The translations under genes and the position numbers were made by a program. A model generated the notes under the pieces. The model did not search any database, was not told the origin of the DNA, and saw only the letters and a list, made by a program, of their open reading frames with translations. A stretch of DNA of 64,000 nucleotides from Vicugna vicugna (taxonomy: Eukaryota), in assembly GCA_013265495.1 (NCBI GenBank), contig MU063888.1, forward strand, positions 3,422,040-3,486,039. Reading direction: 5' to 3'. Of this stretch, positions 63,609 to 64,000 are shown in pieces. Each line of letters starts with the position of its first letter. The stretch's first letter is position 1.

Positions 63609-64000
63609 GTATGTTTCTTTGAATCCCAGTATTGGGCATCTGAACATTTCTTTGCATACACTATCGAAAACCATTAAGCAAACATTTACTGAGATGTTAA
63701 ACAAGTATTTGTATGCCAGTGGGCACTGTTTTAGCCTCAGGAGATAGAATAGTGAACAACGATGAAATGCCGCCTTTCATAGGGCGTAACTTTTCATCTT
63801 TACTCATGAGTTGTCATTGTTGTAAGTGTTGACGTCACTTGTATTTAAAGTTATGGTTTGAGCTTTTGCTTCAGGATACCAAACATTTTCAAGAAAACTA
63901 CAGTTAATATATTTCATTATCTTCTCCACATGTCCCCAACACCTAAATATTTGAGTACGTTGGAAATACTGATTTCTTTTCTCCTGCCTTATTAAGCTTT

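Larger units (their letters stand above)
1..64000 (+). other. PTPRO: Internal part of the PTPRO transcription unit (distal intron 1 to the start of intron 11)
   Basis: Ten phase-compatible exons join into a 656-codon FN3-repeat ectodomain that I recognise as PTPRO. No start codon or signal-peptide exon is evident upstream and no terminal exon downstream. Confidence 0.93.

Noticed and set aside
1-64000. CRISPR array, operon, defence system or other prokaryote-type novel system
   Set aside because: There are no regularly spaced repeat-spacer units and no gene-dense region. The window is spliced mammalian gene sequence throughout.

Overview
This is mammalian genomic DNA, AT-rich with no operon structure, lying entirely inside one + strand gene. 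I recognise the gene as PTPRO (receptor tyrosine phosphatase O, GLEPP1). Bases 1-33382 are the distal part of intron 1. Ten coding exons follow (orthologous exons 2-11, 33383-63608). All have AG/GT boundaries and consistent phases, and they join into one open frame of 1968 nt (656 codons) encoding the fibronectin type III ectodomain. The signal-peptide exon and the transmembrane and phosphatase exons lie outside the window. Two tRNA-derived SINEs of Vic-1-like form, the L1 3' ends, and the fact that I saw no Alu, Bov-A, PRE-1 or CanSINE point to a camelid (inference). The introns hold three ERV1-type solo LTRs, MaLR and MER21-like LTR pieces, several 5'-truncated L1s (two with perfect target-site duplications), old L2/MIR/hAT fragments and microsatellites. 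Repeat family names are from recall, not a database search. I found no evidence of a new multi-gene system. The best leads are regulatory or structural: a dense CpG/GC-box patch at exon 7 with weak splice sites, a sense-oriented solo LTR nested in a MaLR, a near-perfect Maf palindrome, a kidney-type motif cluster, and a ~109-aa acidic insertion in an FN3 domain. Nearly all other ORFs in the supplied track look like chance frames.
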